The position numbers and the translations under genes were made by a program. DNA of 63,646 nt, counting the filler. It is 12 parts of 12 records of this genome, joined end to end, with 100 filler letters (N's around TTAATTAATTAA, not from the genome) between each part and the next. Parts side by side here need not be neighbours in the genome. Positions count along the whole stretch, not along the records: positions 10,981 to 17,236 come from SRR15195285_7780; positions 17,337 to 20,742 come from SRR15195285_7782; positions 20,843 to 25,099 come from SRR15195285_7783; 9 more parts are not named here. One strand, given 5' to 3'. The notes beneath the pieces are model-generated. The model had not been told where the DNA came from and did no database searches. It saw only the letters and a program-made list of their open reading frames with translations. Below, one piece after another: positions 11,395-22,001 of the stretch. Position 1 is the stretch's first letter. Each line of letters starts with the position of its first letter.

Positions 11395-12672
11395 ATGCTC
11401 GCGTGGACGTCTCTGCTGGCTGTTGCGCTGATGGCGGCGAGCGCGGCAGCGCAGCAGCTGGCCGTCCAGCTAGAGGGGGCATTGGACTTGACGGCGCATG
11501 GCACCGGTGGTGGTGAGGCGGCGGCAAGGCTGCGCGTTGCGGTCACGGATGAGGCCACAGGTGCCAGCGTCGGGGCGGCCGAAGTGATTCTGTCGACGCT
11601 CACGTACATGCCAGCATCTGAGGAGGAATCTCTCGTGCAGACGGCTTCGGGTGCTGTCCTGTCGCTCGAACAGCCTGGGGCTGGGGCTGCATCGGTATAC
11701 AGTGTCGACTTCACCTCGCTGTTCGCAGGCCAAAAGCCGGCGCCTGGGCTGTACCGGCTGGACCTGTCTATTACCGCCGCCCCCGGCGGGTCTGCGGTCG
11801 GACCAGTGCCTGTTTCTCTCACTGCAAAGGTGAACGGCGACATTGAGCCCGTCGACTTCAAAATCACGACCACGAGTCTAGACGGTGCCGAGAGAGAGGT
11901 GCTCGAATTTACTGCGCAGCACCCGGCAGCTGTCCCAGAGACGGTGGACTTGCAGAACGTGACACACATGACTGTGGGGCTCAGAGCGCGGTCTGTGAAT
12001 GACGGCAGCTACGTACAGCCGCACCAAGCCATGGTGCATCTCACGAGCGACGACGACAAGAAGCGTCGTGTTGTTGTTGTCGTAGCGCTTCCGGTTCAGG
12101 ACGACCCAGACAGGCTAGAGGCGAACCTGGACGTGAGGCCGTCGTCACAGATACTGGCCGGCCACGGAGGGGAGTACACGATGCGAGTCGTCATGGGCGA
12201 CTTTTTCGCAAACAATGCCATCGTATGGGATGTGGCGACGCTATCCATACCCGACACGAACGCCACAGGGATCGCACTCGGCGCCTCGCCAGCCAACCCT
12301 CAGCCTGTGGTCAAGCACCAGTTTCCCGAGCCAGAGGCGACAACTGTGCCAATATTGTCCAGCGCCTTCGCGGCCGCAGCAGTGGCACCGACCTTCTTCC
12401 TGATGCTCGCGCTTATCCGTGCTGGTGCAAATGCGGGCGGCTGTGCGCGGATGACAACAGGCAAAGTCGCTGCAGTGGTTGGGTTCCACACATGTACGGC
12501 GGCGATGGTGTACTTGTCCGTTGCGTTCTGGGTATCCGGCACGTTGGGCGACACGGCTGAGAAGCTAGTGCCACTCGCATTGGCGAGCCTGCTACTCGGC
12601 TGGGCAGCGCTGCGCGAAGAGAGTGGCGAACGTGCGCTGGATGGGCGAGAGTTGAAGGCGAAGAAGGCGTGA
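11395..12672 (+). CDS. RPN2: Oligosaccharyltransferase subunit ribophorin II (Swp1)
   Basis: Signal peptide; VQPHQAMVHL; YTMRVVMGD..IVWDVATL; PVVKHQFPEPE followed by three C-terminal TM helices; lysine-rich C-terminus. Confidence 0.9.
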   Translation: MLAWTSLLAVALMAASAAAQQLAVQLEGALDLTAHGTGGGEAAARLRVAVTDEATGASVGAAEVILSTLTYMPASEEESLVQTASGAVLSLEQPGAGAASVYSVDFTSLFAGQKPAPGLYRLDLSITAAPGGSAVGPVPVSLTAKVNGDIEPVDFKITTTSLDGAEREVLEFTAQHPAAVPETVDLQNVTHMTVGLRARSVNDGSYVQPHQAMVHLTSDDDKKRRVVVVVALPVQDDPDRLEANLDVRPSSQILAGHGGEYTMRVVMGDFFANNAIVWDVATLSIPDTNATGIALGASPANPQPVVKHQFPEPEATTVPILSSAFAAAAVAPTFFLMLALIRAGANAGGCARMTTGKVAAVVGFHTCTAAMVYLSVAFWVSGTLGDTAEKLVPLALASLLLGWAALREESGERALDGRELKAKKA

Positions 12673-13221
12673 CGACCTAGGGCTCAATAGAGACCATCAC
12701 ATCGCGCGCCGTGATGGCGTGGTTGTGGCTTAAGTCGAGTTTATGGCCTTGCTTCGATTGTACCCCCAAGACAATGAACGCTTCGTGCCCGGCAGGCCGT
12801 GCCGTCGTCGAAATCGCGCTTTCGCCGAACCCCATTCTCGGACCATGGTGACGCCGGGCATTATTTAGCGAAGCCCGTGGCACCACCATCGGTGCGGTCG
12901 CGCCGCGTCGCGGTCGATTGGGCAAGCGCCGGGACTCACCCGAAAATCCAAATTCCCCTTCCCTGGCGCGGCACCGAGCTCTAGCTAGTAGAGTATCATT
13001 CAATACGTTCCGGCTCTTGACATTTTGGCCCAAATTACAAAATTCCGCAGACCGAGCCGCGTGCGTGAGGTGCGCGCGAAGACGTCGAAGTCACGTAAGC
13101 GCCGAAGCCGATCGTAGCGCTGCTGACTTGATAGAGCGCGAGAGTGCCGAGAGCGAGAGAGGAGCGACCAGCAGGGCAACAGCACGTCTGAGGCCAAGCA
13201 CACGCGAGCTGGAGCTCCGCC

Positions 13222-14418
13222 ATGGCCACCTCCAGCGGAAAGTCGCGTAGCCCAGCCAAGACACCACCCAAGACACCCCGCAGCGCAAAGCCGCGGACGT
13301 CGCCGCGTTCGTCGCCGAAAAGGAAACTCGGCTTCGACGCACCCGACGAAAGCAACGCGTCCGCGCGCTTCTCGCTGCAGATGCCTGACGGTAGTATGTG
13401 GACCTCCGAGTCATGGCTGGCAACCGTAGACCAGATGAAGCTCCTGCAGCAGAACGCCGAAAACCTAGGCGCAGCGCGAGGTGTATCGGCAGCGCTGGCG
13501 CGCGTGGTCCGGGAGTGTGAGGCTGGCTGTGAGCAAGCAAGCAAGCGCGGCGGACTGCATAAGGGGAAATCCGCACATCGTGCTCGCTCCGAACTCTGCA
13601 CTCGGTTTAACGAAGCTTCAGCAGCGTCCTGCCGCGCTCCTTTGTCGACCGCTCCATGTCAACCAGCGCTCGTCACACACGTCCTGGACGCTGCATACGA
13701 CGTCGCCGTGACAAACCCACGCCAGCTGAATAAGTACAAGCCTTTCTCACGCGAAGTATACGGTGAGACGAACGCTTCGCTTGTGCAGCACATCGTCGAG
13801 ACACAGAAGATTACCGCTGCAGATACTTTTTTCGACCTCGGTTCGGGCATCGGCCAGGTGGTTTTGCAGGCTGCCGCCATGACAGGGTGTCGTGCGTTTG
13901 GTGTCGAGCTGATGGATGTCCCAGCGCAATACGCAGCAGCACTACAGGTTGCGTTTGCGGCCGAGTGCGTGATGCTTTTCTCCTACCCCCAGAGCTCATC
14001 TGTGTGACTATCACTGACGCCGTGTGCGTACATGCGCGCCAGGCTGCAACGCTGGGGCAAAGCACTTAAACATCAACCAACTCTTATTCATGGAGACATG
14101 TTTGCGAAAGCCAATTTGGCTCAGGCGACGGCGATATTTGTCAACAACTTCGCCTTTCCTGTGGAGTTGAACCAAACCCTTGGCGCGCATATCGAAGCCC
14201 AGTGCGCCGTCGGGACGAAGATATTGACCTACAAGCCTATCACTCCGATGGGGAGGCGTCGACGAACGCGGCCAGACAAGATAGCCACCCCACAGCATAC
14301 TACAACGGCGCAGTCAGGTGGTTCAGGACTGCGCGAAGTTGGTCGTGGGATATTCGAGCACGACGGTGTGTCATGGACCTCAGGGCCGATCGAGTATATC
14401 ACGTACGAGCTGTGTTGA
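13222..14418 (+). CDS. DOT1: Histone H3-K79 methyltransferase DOT1 (exons 13222-13964, 14043-14418)
   Basis: YKPFSREVYGET, FFDLGSGIGQVVLQAA, AFGVEL, IHGDMF, IFVNNFAF; intron GTGCGT..CCAG at 13965-14042 restores the frame; basic SPKR/TPK N-terminal tail. Confidence 0.92.
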
Positions 14419-14558
14419 GGTGCGCGCAAACTGTGCGTGCGGCGTGTACCAGCTTCCCTATCTATCTCCCAATTCGATGCCCAAACAGAAATGAATGCCA
14501 TGATTTGATCAATACGCAGCAACGCTCGTACGATTCATAAGCTCTCTTCTTGGATTCA

Positions 14559-16914
14559 TTAGAGAAGGTCCTTGACCATGTAGCTCCCTTCCAAGCGAAA
14601 GCCAATGTTGCGGTAGTACTCGCGAACACCAATACCACTGATATCCGCGAGTTTGCATGCACCTTTCGACCTCGCAATACGCTCAGCTTCTGCCATGAGC
14701 CGCTGCCCAAGTCCACGGTGTTGGCTACGTCCCTGATGGACGCTGCTAGAAGCAGCAGTGCCTGGTCCACCGGCTGCAATTGCGGATCCGACCCCAATCG
14801 CGCGACCATAAACCTGCAGCCAGCGTACAATGCAAGCGCCCAGGATCTCTTTTGGAAGGTAGGGTTTGTACGGGTCGTTATTGAAGCGAAGCTTCAAAAA
14901 ACCATATACCCACCGTCTGTCCACTGACTCGAAAGACAGAAACCATTCCTCTCCGTCACTGGCATAGTAACGATGACGAAACAGCCTGGCCTGAGTTGCA
15001 TCGGGCGCCAGTGCCTCTTTCACCTCGCGGCTACGCAAGCAGAGGCATTTGTTCTCCATCCGCCGCTCCACAATTTGCTGCGCATTTGTCACATCGATAC
15101 CACCGACAACGTAACTTGGCTTGTCCGGTGAACGTGACGCCGGAATGTCTCTGACGACCCGTTCGACTCTCTGATACGGATGGACGCCCTCTAAGAAGTG
15201 CTGGATCACATTATACAGTGCCTCCGGGTCTTTGTCGAAGTAAGGTGTATATCGGCCGTCATGATACCATGACTTCAGCTCACTGAACTCCAGGACCATG
15301 GTAGGATACAGCTTGAAGCGGTCGAAGTCCATCGCGAAGTCAAAGGTGTGACTACAGTACCACTCCACGACCAAAACCACTCCGAGCAGAATACCAGCCA
15401 CAATCGCGGCGGCCGCCAGACCGTACGCACCGGCAACGGCGGCAGTTGCCACAGGGATGGCAAAGATGGCTGGAGCACGGATGTCGCGCACTCGTCTTGT
15501 GGTACCGCTGTGAAGTACGTCATCAATCATCTGGTGATCCATCTCTGGTGACGAACCAGGCAGGTCAGGCATCAGGTGTGCTAACACCTTAAATCCAAAT
15601 TCCTTCATCAGCTTTGTTCTCTCAACTATCTGGGCTCTTGAGCTGTCGCGCTTGGTAATGCGGTGTATCTCATCGTTTGTTGTTTGTACACCTATCTCCA
15701 TCGCAGTAATGCCAAGCCGGCGATTTTCCAACAGTGAGGCAGGGGTGACCATCTTCGGGTGATCCTCCACACAAATCTCTACGGCTCGGCAGCTCGCAGT
15801 TTCATTGAAAACCTGTTCTTCTTCCAAGGACAGAGGCTGCCTGCGCGAGTCTGGTGGCACATCGATGGTGTTGAGTGCAAACAGAGTGTCCCGAACGAAG
15901 GTCTGCTGAGCGTTACGAGTCAGTACGCTCCATGTGCCGCCAACAATTCGCACGAACACTTTCGAAGTGTCATGACCCATAGACTGCAGGCTACCCAAAC
16001 GATCGTAGACCTGGTCGGCTGTGTTGTAGCCGTTCCGCACAGCTCTTATCACGCCAGATTCGTGCGTTAGGTAGCTCTTCGGGTTCATCTGCTCTCCGTC
16101 TGCGTCAACCTCAGTTGGGCAGTATACGCACCCGAAGGTGCATGTCTTGAGCGCCTCAGTCCCTTTGAGTGTGCCAGCGTATCCGACACCCTCATCCAGT
16201 AGCTCCAGGTCGCCACGTCCGCAACTCACTCGGTCTAGAGCCAACTCGAACAACGCCAGGGCAGTAGATGCGCTTGTCAGCTCGACTTCGAGCCGCTTGT
16301 GATCAAGCCTGACCGTCTCGAGGCCGGGCTCCACCAGCACTGCGCGGTCATCGCCATGGCGTGTGTAGTTGCGGTAGCCCAGCAGAGTGTACACGGACTT
16401 TTGTTCGACAACTTCGATTGTCAGTATCCGGTCAGCTCGCGTGACGATGACGTTCCACACCGGAGCCGAGTGACCCGGCTGTCCCCATCACCCTAGGGTC
16501 AGTAAAGAAATGCACACTTGGAGTACGACAGCAGCGCGCTGGCGGGCGGCGGAGGTCACTCACAGGTACGAAAAGCGATAGATTCACGCCGCCGTAGCCA
16601 CTCTTCCCAAGCTTTTTGATGAGAAGTGCCTCCACATCTTGATTGTACGCGAGAAGGCCCTCGCGCACGCATGCGCGGTACTCGTGGATCACCTGTGGTT
16701 TCCCATACACCGCGTGTTTCTTCTCTTTGTTCAGGTCTGCGGTGACCGCGTGGAAGTCATCGTGACTCAGGTTGCCGTCCGGAGCTGCAGCGCTGCGCTG
16801 CCGCAGCCGGGCGTCCAGCTGCAGCACGTAGTCTCGCAGGTCGTGGCTGGACGACTGCCTAGCAGCAGCACGTGCAGGCGCCTGCCGGCCGGCAAGGTCC
16901 TCTATGTCCTCCAT
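14559..16914 (-). CDS. ELP3: Elp3-family radical SAM/KAT tRNA U34 modification enzyme, divergent (exons 16914-16564, 16478-14559)
   Basis: CTFGCVYCP, PKSY, GGTW, EIGVQ, HLMPDLPG, KLYPT, RVVRDIP, FLSFE, QHRGLG, ISGIGVREYYR..G; intron GTGAGT..ACAG at 16563-16479 with a TACTGAC branch site. Confidence 0.9.
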
Positions 16915-16926
16915 CCCTGGTAGCCG

Positions 16927-16977
16927 GCCCCCACGCAACCCAGCAAACCAGGCGTCGGAGCGCAGATCCGGGCTATC
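16927..16977. repeat. 51-bp dispersed repeat, copy 1 (just upstream of the ELP3 ATG)
   Basis: gcccccacgcaacccagcaaaccaggcgtcggagcgcagatccgggctatc matches 34025-34075 at 47/51 positions. Confidence 0.9.
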
Positions 16978-17614
16978 ACGATCTCTTGGGGCACCGGTTC
17001 TTGGGGCCACCGGTGGCGCCAATTTGCTGCGCCCGTCCGCTGTGCACCCTGCACCGCGCGCGCCGGCCGACACTCACACTGAAAATTCCAAATTCCAATC
17101 ACAATCAAATGCGGTTGGGAGTGCGCGATAGCTTTTTGTGAAGGGTCTCCGGGAACTGCTCCGATTCTACGCGCCGGATGGGCGCTCCGAGGGGCGGGAT
17201 CGGGCCTCAACACCCATGGGTCGGATCCCTGAGCGGNNNNNNNNNNNNNNNNNNNNNNNNNNNNNNNNNNNNNNNNNNNNTTAATTAATTAANNNNNNNN
17301 NNNNNNNNNNNNNNNNNNNNNNNNNNNNNNNNNNNNTATTTGAATTGACGCGGTGCGCTGCACCGCCGTTATGTAGTAGCGGCTGCCCACTGGGGCAGCC
17401 GTGTTGGCGTCCTGCTCTCTGTCGAGCGTAGTGCGTGGCGCGTCCAGCGTGGGGCGCCACGCCCCCTGGCGCTCCCTGTGTGTGAAGATATCCCTGCCGA
17501 CGGTCGCCACGCCGGTGGCCTGTCGGTAGTATTGCTGGACTGCCCACACGCGGCGGTCCCGCAGATGCAGCTGCCCTGCTTGGAGCGGCCTGCACCCCGG
17601 ATCTACCTGTCGGC

Positions 17615-18100
17615 TCAGCCGCACAGCCTGTCCGGCTCGAGGGGCCCACATGGCTCGAGCCGCAGCTGGCCGGCCTTCTTCGCCTTGGCCTTGGCGGTCT
17701 TGGTCTTCGCCTTGGTCTTGGCGGTCTTGGCCTTCGCCGTGGAGAACTTGGGGCCGACAGCCGCTGACTTGAGATCATCGGTGACCTTGCCAGCAGAGCA
17801 GAGCTGGCAGCGAACAGCAAGCCTGCGCAGCGCCTGCCAGCTCTTGCCAGTCTTGAGGGTATCGGCAATCGCCTTCCACTCCGAGGCCGCGGTCGGCACG
17901 CCCTTGGTCTTTAAGTGGATCTTCAGCTCGTTGACCTCGCTGATGTTCCTCTTGGTCTTCTTCTTCTCCTTGGTCGAGACAGTGTCCGCGGGTTTCTCGT
18001 CCTTCTGCGCCGGCACGGCGGCGCCGCTGGCCACGGCGGCGTTGGCCACGACAGCCGCCCGCAACTTCCCGGGCTTGCGACCCACCACCGTCCACTCCAT
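17615..18100 (-). CDS. Small basic protein with a Myb/SANT-like helix region and a histone-H1-like KAK tail
   Basis: SEWKAIADTLKTGKSWQALR resembles Myb helices 2-3; TAKAKTAKTKAKTKTAKAKAKK tail; GC3-rich coding-like codon pattern. Confidence 0.55.
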   Translation of the reverse strand: MEWTVVGRKPGKLRAAVVANAAVASGAAVPAQKDEKPADTVSTKEKKKTKRNISEVNELKIHLKTKGVPTAASEWKAIADTLKTGKSWQALRRLAVRCQLCSAGKVTDDLKSAAVGPKFSTAKAKTAKTKAKTKTAKAKAKKAGQLRLEPCGPLEPDRLCG

Positions 18101-18811
18101 CCCTTCCAGTCTCTCTCCCCAACCTGCATTTCAACAGCACGTCCAATTCAATTCAGCACAGATGAGATACAAGCAGCACGCGCGGGGCCGCTCCCCCGGG
18201 GCGGGGCGGCCCGCCCCGCCCAAGGAGGGCACGCCGAAGCGGACAACGAAGCAGATGCGAGCGGTGGGGGTCTGCGCGGGGAGGCGGCGGCGCACGTCAA
18301 ACGCAGCAGCAAGATGCTCCAGCAGCTCTGTTCTCACTAGGCTACCGCCGCGGGCGCCGAGTTTGAACCCCCTCATCAAATCGCGAAGCAGCAGCATGAC
18401 CCCTACAAACTAGTCCACCGCGACGATAAATGAACGCCTCCGCCGCCGGGCGGACCGAGCCAACGGCACCGTCTCTGTGGAGCAAGAGCGTCCGCAATTG
18501 AGCGGACACAGATTTAAATACCGTCTGCGGTATATCAACGACATATTGAAGTACTAAATTTCATATACTGTATCTTACGTATAATTTGAAATTGATAGAG
18601 GTATATTGCTCTGGGAATTACTACAAGAATTATACCCACTCGAGTGCCGCATAAATAGCTAGTTCCTTGATTATACTACTTATTAGTACTCTCCGGTGCT
18701 TCGGGCTGGAAATGTAGTCCGGGACCTTGGCTGCTGGCACGGCCGCCGGTGCAGCGGGACAGGCCAACGCACGCGTTGGAGGCCCACACACTGCCACGAG
18801 CGACGGGCTGG

Positions 18812-19597
18812 ATGGCTTCCGCATGCCCCAGCACACGAAGGACGCACCCAGCATTCGACATAGCCTGCAGTGGAATCCCAGCAGACTACTTTCAAATCAA
18901 GACCGACAAGCCTGGGGAGGAGTTACGATCGGTGGACGGGACCAAATCGCCGCCGCGCGAACGGGGGAAGATGGAGAAGACTCGAAAGGACTGGGAGCAG
19001 GACGAAGGCTGGTCGGTGACGCTGCACCTGAAGAAGGACAAATCGTTTGAAGTGGGTGAGAACACAGTTCTAGCACCAGACGGGGGGCTGCCCCTGCGGT
19101 ACTGCTTCTATGAAAAGAAGTGGCTGCGCTCCGGGAGGAAAACGGAGGAGTGTCAGTGGTGCAATACGAAGACATGTAAGGACTGCAAGTGCCCTGTGAT
19201 CTCAGACGCCAGGGCGGCCACACAATACCTTAGCCACATCAAGCAGAAAGAGGGCGAAGAGCTTCGAAAGGCAAAGAGGCAGCGGACCGACGGCGGCAGT
19301 CCCACGCGATATGGCACGGTCTTGGGCCACAACACTGCGAGCGCGGCGCCATCCGCATTTCAGTTGCGGAGCGAGGCAGGGAAAGATACATACGTTGGTT
19401 GGGTTCATCAGGGCGACCGCTTGGAGATTCTGGGCGAGTCGCATGACAACACGTGGTACAAGGTACGGCGCACTGGTGGGCTCAGTGTAGGGCCGGGCTG
19501 GCTGCGTGGAACACACCTCGATCTTGATGAGCCCGAGTCGTCCGATGAACCAGGCTACCAGGCGCTACTGGACTGCACACTGAATAACCATGAATAA
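18812..19597 (+). CDS. Hypothetical protein with a Cys cluster and a C-terminal bacterial-type SH3 (SH3b) domain
   Basis: CQWCNTKTCKDCKC; FQLRSEAGKDTYVGWVHQGDRLEILGESHDNTWYKVR..GWLRGTHL fits SH3_3; start codon uncertain. Confidence 0.65.
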   Translation: MASACPSTRRTHPAFDIACSGIPADYFQIKTDKPGEELRSVDGTKSPPRERGKMEKTRKDWEQDEGWSVTLHLKKDKSFEVGENTVLAPDGGLPLRYCFYEKKWLRSGRKTEECQWCNTKTCKDCKCPVISDARAATQYLSHIKQKEGEELRKAKRQRTDGGSPTRYGTVLGHNTASAAPSAFQLRSEAGKDTYVGWVHQGDRLEILGESHDNTWYKVRRTGGLSVGPGWLRGTHLDLDEPESSDEPGYQALLDCTLNNHE

Positions 19598-19761
19598 CCA
19601 TACTAGTATGTAAGTCACACTTGCCCCTTGCGCGCACGTGCATTCCGTTCTTGTGTCCTCGCCCCTCAGTCTCACCGGCGGCGCCGACCTACCACTGCCG
19701 CAGCAAGTGCAAGAACAAGAACGAGAACGAGAACAAGAACAAGGACCAGGAGGAGGAGGCC

Positions 19762-20613
19762 ATGCCGAACGGGAGGAGGAGGAGCCAGCGATCCAGGGCT
19801 GCGAACGCACGGCGCAACAGGGCCCGTGATCGTGCTTCGGCCCGGCGAACTGCCATGGCTGCAGAGCCCCGCATCATAGCGATCCTGAATGAGATCGAGC
19901 AGGAGGAACCCGACATTGACCACAAAGTCCTGTTCTTCAAGGGCCTGCAAAGGTTCCTGGGCGAGGGCGCTGCGAGCGATATCGCAGAGGCCAGGCAGCT
20001 CGCACACGGCCTGAACAGCATGTCCGACACGTTCGCTGGCTTCGAACAGGAGGTGGCGGACTATCTGAGCGAACAGGGCAACTGGGGCGTTCCAGTCACG
20101 ATTTTTCAGACGGCCGTGCACACCCTCAAAGCCTGCGGAGTCTCAGACACGATCTTGGACGCTCTGCAGGAGTCGCAGATGCCGGCCGCGAAGCCGACTG
20201 TCCTCAAGTCCCTCAAGACCCCGGCGCCCGAGGCTGCGCCGGGCGAGTGCATGACGTGCTGCCTGCCCTTTGGCGAGGACAGGCTATTTGGCTGCCAGAC
20301 GAAGAACTGCACGTACATCCAGTGCCTGGAGTGCGTGATTAAGGACGGTGGCGGAGCCTGTGCCCGGCCGGGCTGCCCCCATGTTCACATGAAGTGCCCG
20401 AACTGCCGCGAGAAGCAAGTGCTGGAAACCACAGACGGCGACTGCATGGAGCTTAAAGACCTGCCGTCGCCGCTGCTCTACCGGACGCTGGACTGCCTCC
20501 GTGGGCGGCTGAGGGACCACGTCAAGGCGAGGCACGAGCACATTCTGGACACGCTCGACACCTTCGGGGCGGAGATGACCGAAGTCCTCTCGGATATGCA
20601 GCACGTGTCCTAG
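19762..20613 (+). CDS. RING-like zinc finger protein with an Arg-rich N-terminus
   Basis: CMTC..C(QTKN)C..CLEC..C(ARPG)CPHVH.KCPNCR; single exon; strongly GC3-biased codons. Confidence 0.75.
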   Translation: MPNGRRRSQRSRAANARRNRARDRASARRTAMAAEPRIIAILNEIEQEEPDIDHKVLFFKGLQRFLGEGAASDIAEARQLAHGLNSMSDTFAGFEQEVADYLSEQGNWGVPVTIFQTAVHTLKACGVSDTILDALQESQMPAAKPTVLKSLKTPAPEAAPGECMTCCLPFGEDRLFGCQTKNCTYIQCLECVIKDGGGACARPGCPHVHMKCPNCREKQVLETTDGDCMELKDLPSPLLYRTLDCLRGRLRDHVKARHEHILDTLDTFGAEMTEVLSDMQHVS

Positions 20614-20686
20614 CTAGCGCGCGCGCAGCGCAGATAGTCGGGGTGAATATCCGCGAATATCCCTTTGAATGACATACAATTGTATA

Positions 20687-20710
20687 TGAATAACTGAATA
20701 ACTGAATAAC
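20687..20710 (+). repeat. (TGAATAAC)3 tandem repeat; related (TGAATAACCA)2 at 19581-19600
   Basis: Read directly at both positions, each at the 3' end of a plus-strand ORF. Confidence 0.85.
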
Positions 20711-20842
20711 TGACCCTAGTTTCTCCTACGTATAGGATGCTTNNNNNNNNNNNNNNNNNNNNNNNNNNNNNNNNNNNNNNNNNNNNTTAATTAATTAANN
20801 NNNNNNNNNNNNNNNNNNNNNNNNNNNNNNNNNNNNNNNNNN

Positions 20843-20868
20843 CTAGGGCATACCCGGGTATGCCCTAG
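20843..20868. repeat. Perfect 26-bp palindrome at the contig start
   Basis: CTAGGGCATACCCGGGTATGCCCTAG equals its own reverse complement. Confidence 0.95.
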
Positions 20869-22001
20869 GGCAATTATCATTGTGGTTATTATTCACCCAG
20901 TCAATTGCCTCAGTCAGGTTGCGTGTTCTCCCTCTAGCGTCCGACAGTACGAATTGACAATTGTACCCTGTCATATTCTCAACTATCCTGGCAGTAGTAG
21001 ATCTAAACCCAGGTTGTACGGATGCCCTGGTTGTACGGATTTACTAACGAATTTCTAGTTGTTTTACAACACATCGCGACGCCATACTACGCCAACACTC
21101 ACCTTGGCCTCGGTGGGTGCGATAAACTACATACAAAAAAGCGTGACGATTGTATTGAGAGAAACACTCATCGACGTGATGAGTGTTTCATGTGCACTAG
21201 TGAAAGCATGCTAATGAAAATTGTACGAAATTTCGCCTGTTTACTGCCTGCGGGCTCAGCCGCGCCCAGCCGACCGACTACCGCTCCGCAAAGGCCACCC
21301 AGTCGCCTCCGGCCGCCTCTCCGGGCCTAAACACAGCCGTTTCACGCCTATGGTGCGCCTGGTCAGCCTCCACTGCCACAGCGCCAGCCTCTGATGCCTG
21401 GTCGTTTTGGTCGCCCTTTTGGGTCGCCCCTCTATGGGGGCCTCTCTAGCGGAAAACGGCTGGGATGGCGGCGTTAAGCGGCCGGGCCCTGCCCAGAAAT
21501 TTGCTAGGACTCGCCTCTAGGTCCCGCCGTATGCAACGGTACCTAGTTTGGTCAGGGCCCGAACGCTTAAACTCAAGTTCGGGTACATGCAACACCGTCC
21601 TATCGCATAATATTGCCTAGGTCAGGCTCTGACCCTCAGGTGACCACCCCCGTTCAGTGACCACTGCGATACAGGTGTCGAGTCAGCTGGAGCGGTGCGT
21701 GAATCCACAGAGACAAGAATCAAGAAAGAAGAATGCACATGGTTTGCTGTGTTTGCGTGGGCAGCTGGGCACGCTCGGTCTATATAGGGATCCCCGTACA
21801 TGTACTAGTAGCTGGGCACGCTCGGTCGACTCGCTGGCACGGTCCCATGTCCGTCCCTGCTGGGCGGCACCGGTGCAGTGCAGTGTCGGTGGGGCGGTGG
21901 CGTGCTCCTCCTGTAGGTTGACGAACAGGTGCTCGAGCTTGTGGGGCTGCTCTGCGGACGAGCGGCTGGGGCTTGGGCAGGGGCGGCTTGGAGACCAGGG
22001 C

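Noticed and set aside
16170-16478. Elp3 insertion as an intein
   Set aside because: No N-terminal Cys/Ser block or C-terminal His-Asn followed by Cys/Ser/Thr; too short and lacks Hint motifs
13222-16914. DOT1 next to ELP3 as a chromatin-modifier cluster
   Set aside because: Convergent neighbours in a gene-dense genome; Elp3 is primarily a tRNA-modifying enzyme; no evidence of functional linkage
18335-18380. B-box-like GAGTTTGAACCC suggesting a tRNA or SINE
   Set aside because: No convincing cloverleaf or A box could be built
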